From Fulvivirga sp. (GTDB lineage Bacteria > Bacteroidota > Bacteroidia > Cytophagales > Cyclobacteriaceae): a stretch of DNA of 64,000 nt. The position numbers and the translations under genes are program-made. The DNA lies in the NCBI RefSeq assembly GCF_040218215.1, contig NZ_JAVJQL010000030.1, forward strand, positions 1,823-65,822, read 5' to 3'. Under the pieces are notes generated by a model, which was given only the letters and a program-made list of their open reading frames with translations, was not told where the DNA came from and made no database searches. Shown here in pieces: positions 20,597-30,704 of the stretch. Every line of letters begins with the position of its first letter. Position 1 is the stretch's first letter.

Positions 20597-22506
20597 ATGC
20601 TTAAAAAACTTCTTAACTTAAAAATACGAGTCAAGTTACTTCTCGCCTTTGGCTCAATATTACTATTATCAGTAGTTCTATTGTTAACGGCCCTGAGTTC
20701 GATTGATGACATTATTAAAATGAAACAATTAACTGAGCGCGTGGATAACATGAATCTGAAATTCTCCAACTCTAATACCATAATTAAAGAGTTTTCAACT
20801 AAAGGTTTTAAGCAACAGGAATTTTTAAAAACAGGAAAAAGCCCACTTATCGAGAAGTTCGATGAGCAAATTTCGGAGGTCAGGAATAATATGGAGTTCA
20901 TAGAGAATAATATTCCGGACCAAAAGGCATTAAGGGATCAAATAGAGCAGCTGAAATCAGAAATTGAAAAATTTGAAACAGACTTTTCCACTTTAACCAA
21001 TGTCTATATTAGAAGAGGCTTTCAAGACTATGGCATAGAAGGTGAATTAAGAAAAGCTATCCATGATGTAGAAGACTCAGATCTTGATTTTGATAAAGCC
21101 CAAATGCTAATGCTTAGAAGACATGAAAAAGACTTTTTTTTAAGAAAGGACTTAAAATACGTTTCCAAGTTTAATGCTGATATTGAAAAATTTAAGACCA
21201 GTGTCTATAGTATTGAAGGTGGCACAGACCTAATTGCCTTTATCGATGTATATCACAAAAAATTTAACGACATAGTTATTATCGAAGAGCAAATAGGCCT
21301 GACCAGTGAGGACGGAATACTGGGAAAATTGACCGCAGATACTGAAACGATTGGGTCAATTCTTAACAACACTACCAATAGTGTAAAGGAACACGTCTCT
21401 AAAATCATAAACAGTGCCGGCTAATTTTGATAGGACTATTTGTTTTGCAGCTTATAGTTGGAGCTGTTTTAGTCCTTTTTTATTCTAATATCCTTACTAA
21501 ATCTATAAAGGAAGTTCGATCTGCTATGACTAAGTTGGCTAATGGAAGTTTCCCAGATACTTTAACTATTAAAAGCAAAGATGAACTGGGTCAGACCAAG
21601 GTGGCTTTAAATAATCTGGTTTTAAGAATGCATGCAGCAGTTGATTTTGCCAAGGAGTTAGGCAATGGAAATTTTGAAGGTGAGTATGATGAGAAATACA
21701 ATGATGATGTACTTGCTGTCTCTATTATATCAATGCAAGAAAAACTCATCACTTCAGAAAAAGAACAAAAAATTATCAGCTGGTCAAATGAAGGTCTGGC
21801 TCGGTTTGCTGATATCTTGAATATGGATTTTGAAAGCCTGGAGACTATGGGCGATAAAATAGTGAATGAAGTAGTCAATCGCTTAAAAATTAATCAAGCT
21901 GCCTTATATCTTTTGGACAAAGATTCAAACATTCTAAACAGGGTATCTACCTATGCTTATTCCAAAAAGAAGTTTTTGACTGGTACGGTCGATGTTGGTG
22001 AAGGTCTGGTTGGTCAGTGCGTTTTGGAAAAGGAAAAAATATTGATGACGGATGTTCCGGATGGCTACACTACAATCACTTCGGGTCTTGGAGAAGCAAC
22101 ACCATCGGCTATTTTAATTATGCCTTTGAAAATTAGGGATGAGGTAATAGGAGTGTTGGAACTTGCTTTATTTCATGTCTTCGAAACTCAAGAAATTCAG
22201 TTTGTTGAAAAAGTGTCAGAGAATATTGCGAATGTTTTAGTGAGCAAGCGAATGGCTGAAAAAACTAAGGCGCTACTTAGCGAATCTCAGCAAAAAGCAG
22301 AGGCCCTGGCCTCTCAGGAAGAAGAGCTCAGACAAAATGCCGAAGAGATGCAAGCCACCCAGGAAGAAATGGAAAGGCAGCGCGCAGAACTTAATGAAAA
22401 AATTGAAAAACTGGAAAGCGAACTGCATGCCAAAAACCAGCACATAGTTAACCTGGAGGATAAGCTTTTAAGAAATAGAAAAAAGGAGAAGGTGTTTGAA
22501 AACTAA
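20597..22506 (+). pseudogene. Membrane receptor (TM-periplasmic bundle-TM-HAMP-GAF-coiled coil) split by a one-base frameshift near 21418-21421
   Basis: ORF 20597-21424 holds TM1 and the periplasmic domain. Frame 1 is open from 21403 and reads RLILIGLFVLQLIVG (TM2) into ORF 21427-22506. May be a sequencing error. Confidence 0.75.
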
Positions 22507-22531
22507 GCCGTTCCTTAAACACGGCTTAGTT
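22501..22531. terminator. Probable bidirectional terminator between convergent genes
   Basis: 11-bp perfect inverted repeat AACTAAGCCGT/ACGGCTTAGTT. Confidence 0.75.
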
Positions 22532-22539
22532 TGTAACTT

Positions 22540-25230
22540 CTATTCGCTTTTCAATGAATCCACTGGATTGCTAACGGCTGCTTTTATTGACTGATAGCCC
22601 ACTGTAATCCAGGCAACGAGAAATGCTGAGAATCCTGCGATTAGAAAAATTTCAAATCCCAAAGTGATTCGATAAACGTAACTATCCAACCAAGTGTTGA
22701 TAGCCCACCATGAAATAGGTGCAGCAATTACAAACGCAAATAAGACTAGTTTGGTAAATTGTTTCGATAGCATTAGTACAATCTCTTTTACAGATGCGCC
22801 CAGCACTTTTCTTATGCCTATTTCTTTGATCCTTTGTTCAGCCATAAATGCGGCAAGAGCAAATAGCCCTAAACAACCAATGAATATGGCAAGTCCTGAA
22901 AATATGGCAAAAAGCTCACCCAACTTGGTTTCAGACTTGTACATATTGTCAAACTGATCGTCTAGAAAGGTGTAGTTAAAGGGCAGGCCATTGGCAAATT
23001 CATTCCATTTTGATTCAATCAATTGCAAAGCCGATTGATAGTCTTCCGTGTTTAGACGAACAGAAAGTAAGCCAGTGCTTCTTCCCATTCTCATGGCTAC
23101 TGGTCCTATATTTTCTTTCATTGATTCGAAATGAAAATTCTTTACAACACCAATAATTTTATAATTCTCGAATTCCTCATTGATTACTGATCTTGTGGTT
23201 TGATCAAAAGCATAAGTCTGTATCCACTTATCATCAATGTTTTCATAACCAAACCTTCTCATGGCTTCTTCATTAAAAATAAGACCAACAGAATCTGAGG
23301 CTATAGTGTTGTCAAAATTTCTACCTTCAATAAGCTCCATTTCAAAAGTTTGTACATAGTCTTCATCAACCTGCCACATTTGTAGACTTATGGTATTATC
23401 TTGGGATGGGCTAACACCTTTTTCCCAATATGTATTATCGTTTCGATTATAGCCGTTAACCGGAATAAAACCGCTATAAGAACATGACGCTACTGAACTC
23501 AATTTTTCAATTTCCTCTTTAAACGAATCTCTTTTATCGCCAAGCATGTATGGGTCATTAACCATAACAAGCTGGTTTTTATTAAATCCCAACTTTTTAT
23601 TTTGAATAAAGTCAAGCTGCTTTTGAATGGCCAACGTTCCAATAATCAAAATAATACTAATTAGAAATTGAAAAATTACGAGTCCGCTTCTTATAGCAGA
23701 GCCACCTGCACCACTACTTAATTTCCCCTTTAAGGTATTAATAGGCCTGAAAGAGCTTAGGAAAAATGCGGGATAAGTTCCTGCTATAACACCAATGAAC
23801 AGCGCAAAACCTAAAAGGGCTAAATAAAATAAAGGGGTGCCGGGAAAAGTCAGTGACTTATCGGCAAGATGATTAAATAACGGCAACATTACAGCTGCTG
23901 CAAGACAGCCAATAATTATTGAAATGATACTTATAATAATTGACTCAAGCAGAAACTGTCTTATCAAATGTGAGCGCACAGAACCAAGGGCCTTACGGAT
24001 TCCTACTTCTTTAGACCTGTTTGCAGAACGGGCTGTAGATAAATTCATAAAATTGATACAGGCCAAGCCAATGATAAATACGGCAATAACCAAAAACAGC
24101 AAAACACTATCTTCATTGCCCATAGTACCAATGTCAAATATAAAATCTGAAGTAAGGTATATATCTTCCATTGGCTGTAGCACCATATTTACTGAATTCC
24201 CATTGGCCTTAAATTCTTCAATTGTTGAACCTACATATTGAATGAGTTCAGGCTCGGCTTTGTTTTCATAAAACAGCTGTATTTTTTTCTGAAGCGCCTC
24301 TTTGTTTACACCCTCTTTGGTTTTGAAATAGGTGAAAAAATTGTTGCTTAGCCATTGTTCATTCTGGGCCTCAGGTGTGGAAGCCAAAGACATTAAAATG
24401 TTGAATTGCAGGTGCGAATTGGCAGGCATGTCTTCAAACACTCCGGTCACTTCATAGTTATACTCTCCATCAAGCAGTAGCGACTTGCCAATTGGTGAAA
24501 CGCCTTTAAAATATTTTTCAGCAATAGACCTACTAATAGCTACTGTGTTTGGGCGGTTAAGTACATTTTTAGAATTTCCTTCAATTAAGGGAAATGAAAA
24601 AAGATCAAAGAAAGTGGAATCGGTATAAATCACCTGAGACTCTTTAAAGCTTTCGTTCATTTGAGGTGTTTTAACTAGCCATGTGCCATTGAATCGAAAC
24701 CTGACAGCAGTTTCTATTTCCGGTATTTCATTTACCAATGCATTTGCAAATGGGGCTGGTGCAACTGGGTAGCGAAATTCATTATCACTAAACTTGCCGG
24801 TACGAACAATTCTGTAAATCCTGTCTCCATCTTCGTGAAACTTATCAAAGTTCATTTCATTGGCTACAAAAAGATAGATCAATAAACTGCATGCTACACC
24901 AGCTGCTAATCCTGCAATATTGATGGCTGAATAAAACTTGTGCTTTACAAGGTTTCTAAATGCGATTTTGAAATAATTTCTGATCATGATTTTTGTGTTG
25001 TTGTTAGAGAGTTCTATTGTTTGCTTTTGCAGCTCATTCAACTTATTGTCGTTACCAAAGTCTTTAATGGTTTCATCGTAGGCTTCAATAAACCTTTGAC
25101 CATCTTCCATTTTAGCCTCAACTAATGTACAAATGTGATCAACGAGCTCATCACCCAAATCGTCATCCACAATTCCCCTATAGGCAATGTCCTTTATGAT
25201 ATAGTTGATATGTTCATCAGACAAGATCAT
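22540..25230 (-). CDS. MacB/FtsX-type duplicated ABC permease with extra N-terminal cytoplasmic domain
   Basis: NYFKIAFRNL, SANRSKEVGIRKALG and EQRIKEIGIRKVLGAS; two MacB_PCD-FtsX halves; ~80-aa N-terminal extension. Confidence 0.92.
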   Translation of the reverse strand: MILSDEHINYIIKDIAYRGIVDDDLGDELVDHICTLVEAKMEDGQRFIEAYDETIKDFGNDNKLNELQKQTIELSNNNTKIMIRNYFKIAFRNLVKHKFYSAINIAGLAAGVACSLLIYLFVANEMNFDKFHEDGDRIYRIVRTGKFSDNEFRYPVAPAPFANALVNEIPEIETAVRFRFNGTWLVKTPQMNESFKESQVIYTDSTFFDLFSFPLIEGNSKNVLNRPNTVAISRSIAEKYFKGVSPIGKSLLLDGEYNYEVTGVFEDMPANSHLQFNILMSLASTPEAQNEQWLSNNFFTYFKTKEGVNKEALQKKIQLFYENKAEPELIQYVGSTIEEFKANGNSVNMVLQPMEDIYLTSDFIFDIGTMGNEDSVLLFLVIAVFIIGLACINFMNLSTARSANRSKEVGIRKALGSVRSHLIRQFLLESIIISIISIIIGCLAAAVMLPLFNHLADKSLTFPGTPLFYLALLGFALFIGVIAGTYPAFFLSSFRPINTLKGKLSSGAGGSAIRSGLVIFQFLISIILIIGTLAIQKQLDFIQNKKLGFNKNQLVMVNDPYMLGDKRDSFKEEIEKLSSVASCSYSGFIPVNGYNRNDNTYWEKGVSPSQDNTISLQMWQVDEDYVQTFEMELIEGRNFDNTIASDSVGLIFNEEAMRRFGYENIDDKWIQTYAFDQTTRSVINEEFENYKIIGVVKNFHFESMKENIGPVAMRMGRSTGLLSVRLNTEDYQSALQLIESKWNEFANGLPFNYTFLDDQFDNMYKSETKLGELFAIFSGLAIFIGCLGLFALAAFMAEQRIKEIGIRKVLGASVKEIVLMLSKQFTKLVLFAFVIAAPISWWAINTWLDSYVYRITLGFEIFLIAGFSAFLVAWITVGYQSIKAAVSNPVDSLKSE

Positions 25231-25565
25231 CCAAGCTGTGGCTTGATTTGCAATACTTTAAACATGGTAGCTATGAAGGCCTCAAAGTCTTCAATTTTTT
25301 GAGCAGCAGTGTTAGTGCCTGTTGGGGTAAGCAGGTAATATTTTCGAACCCGCTTGCCCATGCTTATTTTTTCAGTGGATAATAAACCTTCAGCCTCTAG
25401 TTTATGAAGTGTAGGATAGAGCGCACCTTCTGTAAGCGTAAGCATTCCACCAGATAATTCTTTAACGCGCTGAGTAATTTCATAACCATACATTTTTCCA
25501 CTGTCAGCCAGTAATTTAAGTATGATGGTTTGCAAGGTTCCTTTTAATAATTCTGGGGAATGCAT
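25227..25565 (-). CDS. PadR-family transcriptional regulator
   Basis: MYGYEITQ, EGALYPTLHKLE and RKYY.LT.TG motifs; 4-bp overlap with the permease. Confidence 0.95.
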   Translation of the reverse strand: MHSPELLKGTLQTIILKLLADSGKMYGYEITQRVKELSGGMLTLTEGALYPTLHKLEAEGLLSTEKISMGKRVRKYYLLTPTGTNTAAQKIEDFEAFIATMFKVLQIKPQLG

Positions 25566-25575
25566 AATTCTTTAA

Positions 25576-25594
25576 TACATTAGAGTCTTATGTA
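25576..25594. promoter_or_regulatory. Candidate PadR operator TACAT-N9-ATGTA
   Basis: Inverted repeat TACATTAGAGTCTTATGTA, 10 nt upstream of the padR start. Confidence 0.55.
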
Positions 25595-25709
25595 ATACGA
25601 AGGATGTGGATTTGGGTTACACTTGAGATATTCACCCGATTCACCTGGAGAATATGTGCTTGGAGAAAATCAAGTCATCGAGTGACTTTAGCGGTGAATG
25701 TAATAGCTT

Positions 25710-27539
25710 TTACAATGCCTTTAAATAGGCCGCATTATAATGTGCGCACAATTTTGACCAGTCAAAATTTTCTGCCAAATCTTCAGCTTTGTTTCGTATT
25801 GAAATTCTTTGTCTTCTTGATGACTGGGTAAATTGATACATCATTTCGGCTAGCTCTTTGACGACAAGCTCGGGCTTGAGTTTGTGTCTTCTTAACAGAT
25901 AAGCTCCAGACTGCTCGTGACCAGAAAAATTCTTCCCTAAATAATTTCCAAAACCCGTAAGATCAGAAGTAATAGCAGAAACCCCTTGAGCCAGACATTC
26001 AAGAGGAGTGTATCCCCATGGTTCGTAGTAACTTGGGAATATTCCCAAGTGACACCCTCTGATAAATTCATTATAATCAATTCCGAATAAAGGACTTGAA
26101 GAATCTATAAAATCAGGATGGTATACAATTTTTACTTTGTCCAACGGGTTGTTGACCAAGGGTGCTTTTCTCAAATACTGGATGATTTCGTCATCATCGT
26201 CATTTTTTAAATTATGTGTTACTACTATGGGCCACTGGTCAGACTTCCATGATTGTAAAACCCTGCGGTATCTCAACTTCCAATAGTCATCTACAAAATC
26301 ATTTAGTGCGGGCATGCGGAAATCATCTTCTTCTATAGTGGCGTCATAAAACAAGCGCTCACCAATTTGATCTTGTATAGCCTGACAGACTTTTCTAAAT
26401 TCTTCCAAAACACCCTGCTGTTCCATCACCACTGGGTTGATCGACCAGCTTGGCCTTTTGGTAATAAAAAACATCACCACATTTTTATTCGACTTTTCCT
26501 TTTTCAGTCTTTTGTTAAGCAATGAAAGCGCTTCTAAAGTAATATCGTATCCTTTGTTCCTAAACTCATATCGCCCTGAGGTGAAAAAGTATAATGTATT
26601 GTCAAGATCAAACGGAGTGGAATGGAAGAAGTGACCCATCACAAACTCGTTAATATCTTCTTTATATTCCTGATGCAGATTCTGCACTTCATGATAGGCT
26701 ACAAAGCGTTCTATATTTAGCCCATTGGGTGTTATGATGTCTGGCTTTCTGTTATAGAATGCCTCACATTCACTGGCGGTAACATCACTTACAGTTGTAA
26801 AAACTGTAGATTCATTAGCGCACAGTCTTTCAATTTGAGCAATGGGTAGAATATTATATTTTTCGGCTTCCAGTTTCCAGTCGTATAGATCAAGTTTATT
26901 ATAAAACTCAAGATCATTCATTGCGAGGTATCGCCCTAAAGCCGTTGCGTGCGTGGTGAACACGGTTCTTATGTTAACCTTATTTTCAGACAACTTTAGA
27001 ATGGGTATGGACGACATCCATTCGTGGAAATGACCAATCAGTTTGGTTTTACCAAGACTTTCTGAAAGATAGGTATAGAATACGGAGGCAACATGTGCAA
27101 AAGCCAAAACCTTTTCTTGAAGCTCATCATCTGCAATTGCGATATCATGAGTTTTTTGCAGCTCACTTTTTAAAGCGGCAATGTTTTTAAGAGAAGAGAA
27201 AACATCAATAAGCACTACCTTGGGCCTACCACTTACAAGCCAGGTGCCATAAACTACTTCAACACCATCGTCTTTTAGCTTTTTAACAGCTTTGCCTAAG
27301 GGTCCAGAGTGATTGGTGATAATATCAATTTCTGCATTTACCTGCTGACCAACCAAAGGGCCAACCAGGCAATAGCGATCTCCCCATTGGCTGGATATCT
27401 CTGGAACTTTAGACCTGATAACAGTATAAATTCCTCCAAGCTGATTGCACACCTCCCAGGCACATTCGGCTAAAAATGAATTATTGAGAACTTGTGGTTG
27501 CTCACTGGCTTTGGTTTTCTTCTGAATCTCTGACCGCAT
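25710..27539 (-). CDS. Glycogen synthase, GT3 (fungal/animal-type) family
   Basis: EVCNQLGGIYTV, HFHEWM, FTTHATALGRY, GRYEFRNKG and FPSYYEPWGYTPLEC motifs. Confidence 0.92.
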   Translation of the reverse strand: MRSEIQKKTKASEQPQVLNNSFLAECAWEVCNQLGGIYTVIRSKVPEISSQWGDRYCLVGPLVGQQVNAEIDIITNHSGPLGKAVKKLKDDGVEVVYGTWLVSGRPKVVLIDVFSSLKNIAALKSELQKTHDIAIADDELQEKVLAFAHVASVFYTYLSESLGKTKLIGHFHEWMSSIPILKLSENKVNIRTVFTTHATALGRYLAMNDLEFYNKLDLYDWKLEAEKYNILPIAQIERLCANESTVFTTVSDVTASECEAFYNRKPDIITPNGLNIERFVAYHEVQNLHQEYKEDINEFVMGHFFHSTPFDLDNTLYFFTSGRYEFRNKGYDITLEALSLLNKRLKKEKSNKNVVMFFITKRPSWSINPVVMEQQGVLEEFRKVCQAIQDQIGERLFYDATIEEDDFRMPALNDFVDDYWKLRYRRVLQSWKSDQWPIVVTHNLKNDDDDEIIQYLRKAPLVNNPLDKVKIVYHPDFIDSSSPLFGIDYNEFIRGCHLGIFPSYYEPWGYTPLECLAQGVSAITSDLTGFGNYLGKNFSGHEQSGAYLLRRHKLKPELVVKELAEMMYQFTQSSRRQRISIRNKAEDLAENFDWSKLCAHYNAAYLKAL

Positions 27540-27690
27540 TAGAGGTATTGTTTAAATGTAATATTGCTCATCTGTTCTTATGAAGACCTTTTTCATGAAA
27601 ACGATTGTTTAAATAAAAATCGATGTTTTGCACAGTTTTGATTAACTTCTAAGGTTTTTCCACAGGCTTTCACAAATAATTTTAAATTAG

Positions 27691-27721
27691 TATGCATGCA
27701 TAACAAATTTTACTATATTTG
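27691..27721 (+). promoter_or_regulatory. marR-fad operon promoter: palindrome TATGCATGCATA (27691-27702) and -7 box TATATTTG (27714-27721)
   Basis: Both motifs are read directly from the sequence, upstream of marR. Confidence 0.55.
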
Positions 27722-27768
27722 TTATCCTTCAAAATAGGGAATCCTATTTAAAGTTATACAACATACTA

Positions 27769-28224
27769 ATGAAAAGAGAAGAAACAATTGATCATAATAT
27801 TAAAACTGCCTGGCATGCCATTTCTCGCATGTACAATCAGCAAGCAGTTAAACAAGATATTACTACATCAATAGGTTTTGTCTTATTAAATATTAGTTCG
27901 AAGGATGGGACTCCTGCAACCAAGATCGCTCCATTGATGGGACTCGAATCTCGAAGTTTGACCAGGGTTCTAAAAAACATGGAAGAGAAGGGGCTAATCT
28001 TCAGAAAGCCGGATGCGACTGATGGTCGGTCTGTAAGAATCTTTTTAACGGAATTGGGCAAGAAGAAGAAGGAGGTTTCCAGGGAAACTGTTCTCACGTT
28101 TAATACCAAGGTGCGGGAAATTGTACCTGAATCTAAACTTGAAGTGTTTTTTGATGTCATCAACGACATCAACAAAATCATTGATAATAATAAAACCTAC
28201 GAAAACGCAAATAATCAAAACTAA
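27769..28224 (+). CDS. MarR-family regulator
   Basis: wHTH with SLTRVLKNMEEKGLI and D.RSVRIFLTELG. Confidence 0.93.
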   Translation: MKREETIDHNIKTAWHAISRMYNQQAVKQDITTSIGFVLLNISSKDGTPATKIAPLMGLESRSLTRVLKNMEEKGLIFRKPDATDGRSVRIFLTELGKKKKEVSRETVLTFNTKVREIVPESKLEVFFDVINDINKIIDNNKTYENANNQN

Positions 28225-30626
28225 TGACAAGACGTATAAAAAAAGTAGCAGTATTAGGATCGGGAATCATGGGTTCCCGTATTGCATGTCACTTTGCCAA
28301 TATTGGCGTAAACGTTCTTTTATTGGACATTGCTCCTAAAGAGCTGAATGACGATGAAAAAGCCAAAGGTCTAACCTTGGAAAATAAGGCGGTTAGAAAT
28401 AGAATTGTGAACAGCGCATTTACATCGGCTGTTAAATCTAATCCGGCTCCGCTTTATGATAAGAGTTTTGCCAACAGAATTTCGCTAGGAAATTTTGAAG
28501 ATGACATGTCTAAGATTAAAGACTATGACTGGGTAATAGAAGTTGTAGTTGAAAACCTGGATATTAAAAAGGTTGTTTTTGAGCAAGTTGAAAAACACAG
28601 AACTCCAGGAACACTTATTACATCTAACACTTCAGGTATTCCTATTCACTTAATGCTTGAGGGTAGAAGTGATGATTTTCAAAAGCATTTCTGCGGCACA
28701 CACTTTTTCAACCCTCCAAGATATTTAAAGTTGTTGGAAATTATTCCAACCCCCAAGACAGATCCTGAAATCACGGATTTCTTAATGCACTATGGAGATC
28801 TGTATCTTGGTAAGACCACAGTACTGGCAAAAGATACTCCCGCATTTATTGCTAACAGGGTAGGTATTTATGCTATTCTTAAAGTGATAGAGTCCATGAA
28901 GAAATTGGGCTTAAATGTAGATGAAGTTGATAAACTTACCGGCCCGGTAATTGGCCGCCCCAAGTCTGCTACATTCAGAACATCTGATGTCGTTGGTTTA
29001 GATACTTTGGTAAAAGTTGCGAATGGACTTTATGCTGGTTTGCCAAATGATGAGGGTCGTGATACTTTCAAATTGCCAGATGAAGTTGGTAAGCTAATGG
29101 AAAAAAACTGGCTCGGTGATAAAACAGGTCAGGGTTTCTATAAGAAAACTAAAGATGCCAAAGGCAAAACAGAGATACTTACTTTAAACCTGGAAACATT
29201 AGAGTACGAGCCAAAGCAAAAAGCATCATTTGGCACACTAGAAGCCACCAAGCCGATAGACAATTTAAAAGAAAGATTTAAGCCATTGTTTAGTGGTAAA
29301 GATAAAGCGGGAGAATTCTACAGAGATTCATTCTATGCTTTGTTCAAATATGTGTCGAATAGAATTCCTGAAATAGCGGATGAGCTTTACAAAATTGACG
29401 ATGCGCTTTGCGCAGGTTTTGGCTGGGAAGTAGGCCCTTTTGAAACTTGGGATTCAGTAGATGTAGAAAAGACAGTTGCTAAAATGGAAGAGATGGGCTA
29501 TAAACCTAATGATTGGGTTTATGACATGCTTAAGGCAGGCATAAAATCTTTCTACATGGCAAAAGATGGTATCAGACATTATTATGATATCTCTTCAAAA
29601 TCTTACAAACCTGTACCCGGTGCAGAGTCTTACATTATCCTTGATAATATAAGAAAGAGCAATGTGGTTTGGAGTAATTCAGGATCAACCATTTTTGATC
29701 TTGGAGACGGTGTTCTTAATGTTGAATTCCACACTAAGATGAACACACTTGGTGGAGAAGTAGTGGAAGGTATTAACAAAGCCATTGATATGGCCGAGAA
29801 AGATTACCGAGGATTAGTTATTGGTAATCAAGGGGCACAGTTTTCTGCCGGAGCGAATCTTGGGATGGTATTTATGTATGCGATCGAGCAAGAGTTTGAC
29901 GAAGTTGATTTTATGATTCGTCATTTCCAAAACACAATGATGCGTGTTAGATATTCTTCCGTTCCTGTTGTGGTTGCTCCTCATGGCCTGACACTTGGAG
30001 GCGGTTGCGAAATGTCACTTCATGCAGATATGATTCAGGCTGCTGCTGAAACTTATATTGGTCTGGTAGAAGTTGGTGTTGGATTGATTCCTGGTGGAGG
30101 AGGCACAAAAGAACTTACGAAAAGGGTTTCGGATGCCATTGAGACTGGTGATGTAGAACTTAATGCTTTACAAAATTCGTTTATGAATATAGCTACTGCT
30201 AAAGTGGCAACTTCTGCAGAGGAGGCAAGAGGCATGCACATAATGAGGCCTCAGGATAGAATAAGTGTTAACAAAGACCGTCAGATAGCAGATGCAAAAT
30301 CAGCGGTTATCGAATTGGCTGATGCTGGTTATACCAAACCAATACAGGCTAGTAATATTAAAGTTCAAGGAAAATCGGGCATGGCATTATTCATGGCAGG
30401 TGTTAGTGGCATGAGGATGGGAAATTACATTTCAGACCATGATATGAAAATTGCTAATAAGATTGCCTATGTGATGTGCGGTGGAGATTTGTCATATCCT
30501 CAGGAAGTTACGGAGCAGTACTTGTTAGATCTTGAAAGAGAAGCATTCTTGTCATTGACTGGTGAGAAGAAGACATTGGAGAGAATCCAAAGCATTTTGA
30601 CTTCTGGTAAACCATTGAGGAATTAA
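28224..30626 (+). CDS. fadN: 3-hydroxyacyl-CoA dehydrogenase/enoyl-CoA hydratase (FadN-type)
   Basis: VLGSGIMG, SNTSG, THFFNPPRY, FIANR and a C-terminal crotonase (LGGGCE). Confidence 0.92.
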   Translation: MTRRIKKVAVLGSGIMGSRIACHFANIGVNVLLLDIAPKELNDDEKAKGLTLENKAVRNRIVNSAFTSAVKSNPAPLYDKSFANRISLGNFEDDMSKIKDYDWVIEVVVENLDIKKVVFEQVEKHRTPGTLITSNTSGIPIHLMLEGRSDDFQKHFCGTHFFNPPRYLKLLEIIPTPKTDPEITDFLMHYGDLYLGKTTVLAKDTPAFIANRVGIYAILKVIESMKKLGLNVDEVDKLTGPVIGRPKSATFRTSDVVGLDTLVKVANGLYAGLPNDEGRDTFKLPDEVGKLMEKNWLGDKTGQGFYKKTKDAKGKTEILTLNLETLEYEPKQKASFGTLEATKPIDNLKERFKPLFSGKDKAGEFYRDSFYALFKYVSNRIPEIADELYKIDDALCAGFGWEVGPFETWDSVDVEKTVAKMEEMGYKPNDWVYDMLKAGIKSFYMAKDGIRHYYDISSKSYKPVPGAESYIILDNIRKSNVVWSNSGSTIFDLGDGVLNVEFHTKMNTLGGEVVEGINKAIDMAEKDYRGLVIGNQGAQFSAGANLGMVFMYAIEQEFDEVDFMIRHFQNTMMRVRYSSVPVVVAPHGLTLGGGCEMSLHADMIQAAAETYIGLVEVGVGLIPGGGGTKELTKRVSDAIETGDVELNALQNSFMNIATAKVATSAEEARGMHIMRPQDRISVNKDRQIADAKSAVIELADAGYTKPIQASNIKVQGKSGMALFMAGVSGMRMGNYISDHDMKIANKIAYVMCGGDLSYPQEVTEQYLLDLEREAFLSLTGEKKTLERIQSILTSGKPLRN

Positions 30627-30704
30627 TTAAGCTTCAAGAAATAAGCTTTTAGCTACAAGCTTAGGGCTTACAGCTAATAAATAACTACTAAAAACTAATA
30701 AAAG

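Noticed and set aside
25620-25700. TTCACC repeats and AAGTCA/TGACTT inverted repeat between glycogen synthase and padR
   Set aside because: Stems are short and match no RNA family I recognise.
27596-27610. TGAAAACGATTGTTT, LacI-operator-like, upstream of glycogen synthase
   Set aside because: Imperfect palindrome, one copy and no LacI gene nearby.
27656-27664. TTTTCCACA DnaA-box match
   Set aside because: Single box 11 kb from the cluster; expected by chance.
30627-30700. Cluster of AAGCT/AGCT motifs between fadN and fadA
   Set aside because: Short, irregular and without a stable stem; may be a decayed repeat but cannot be supported.
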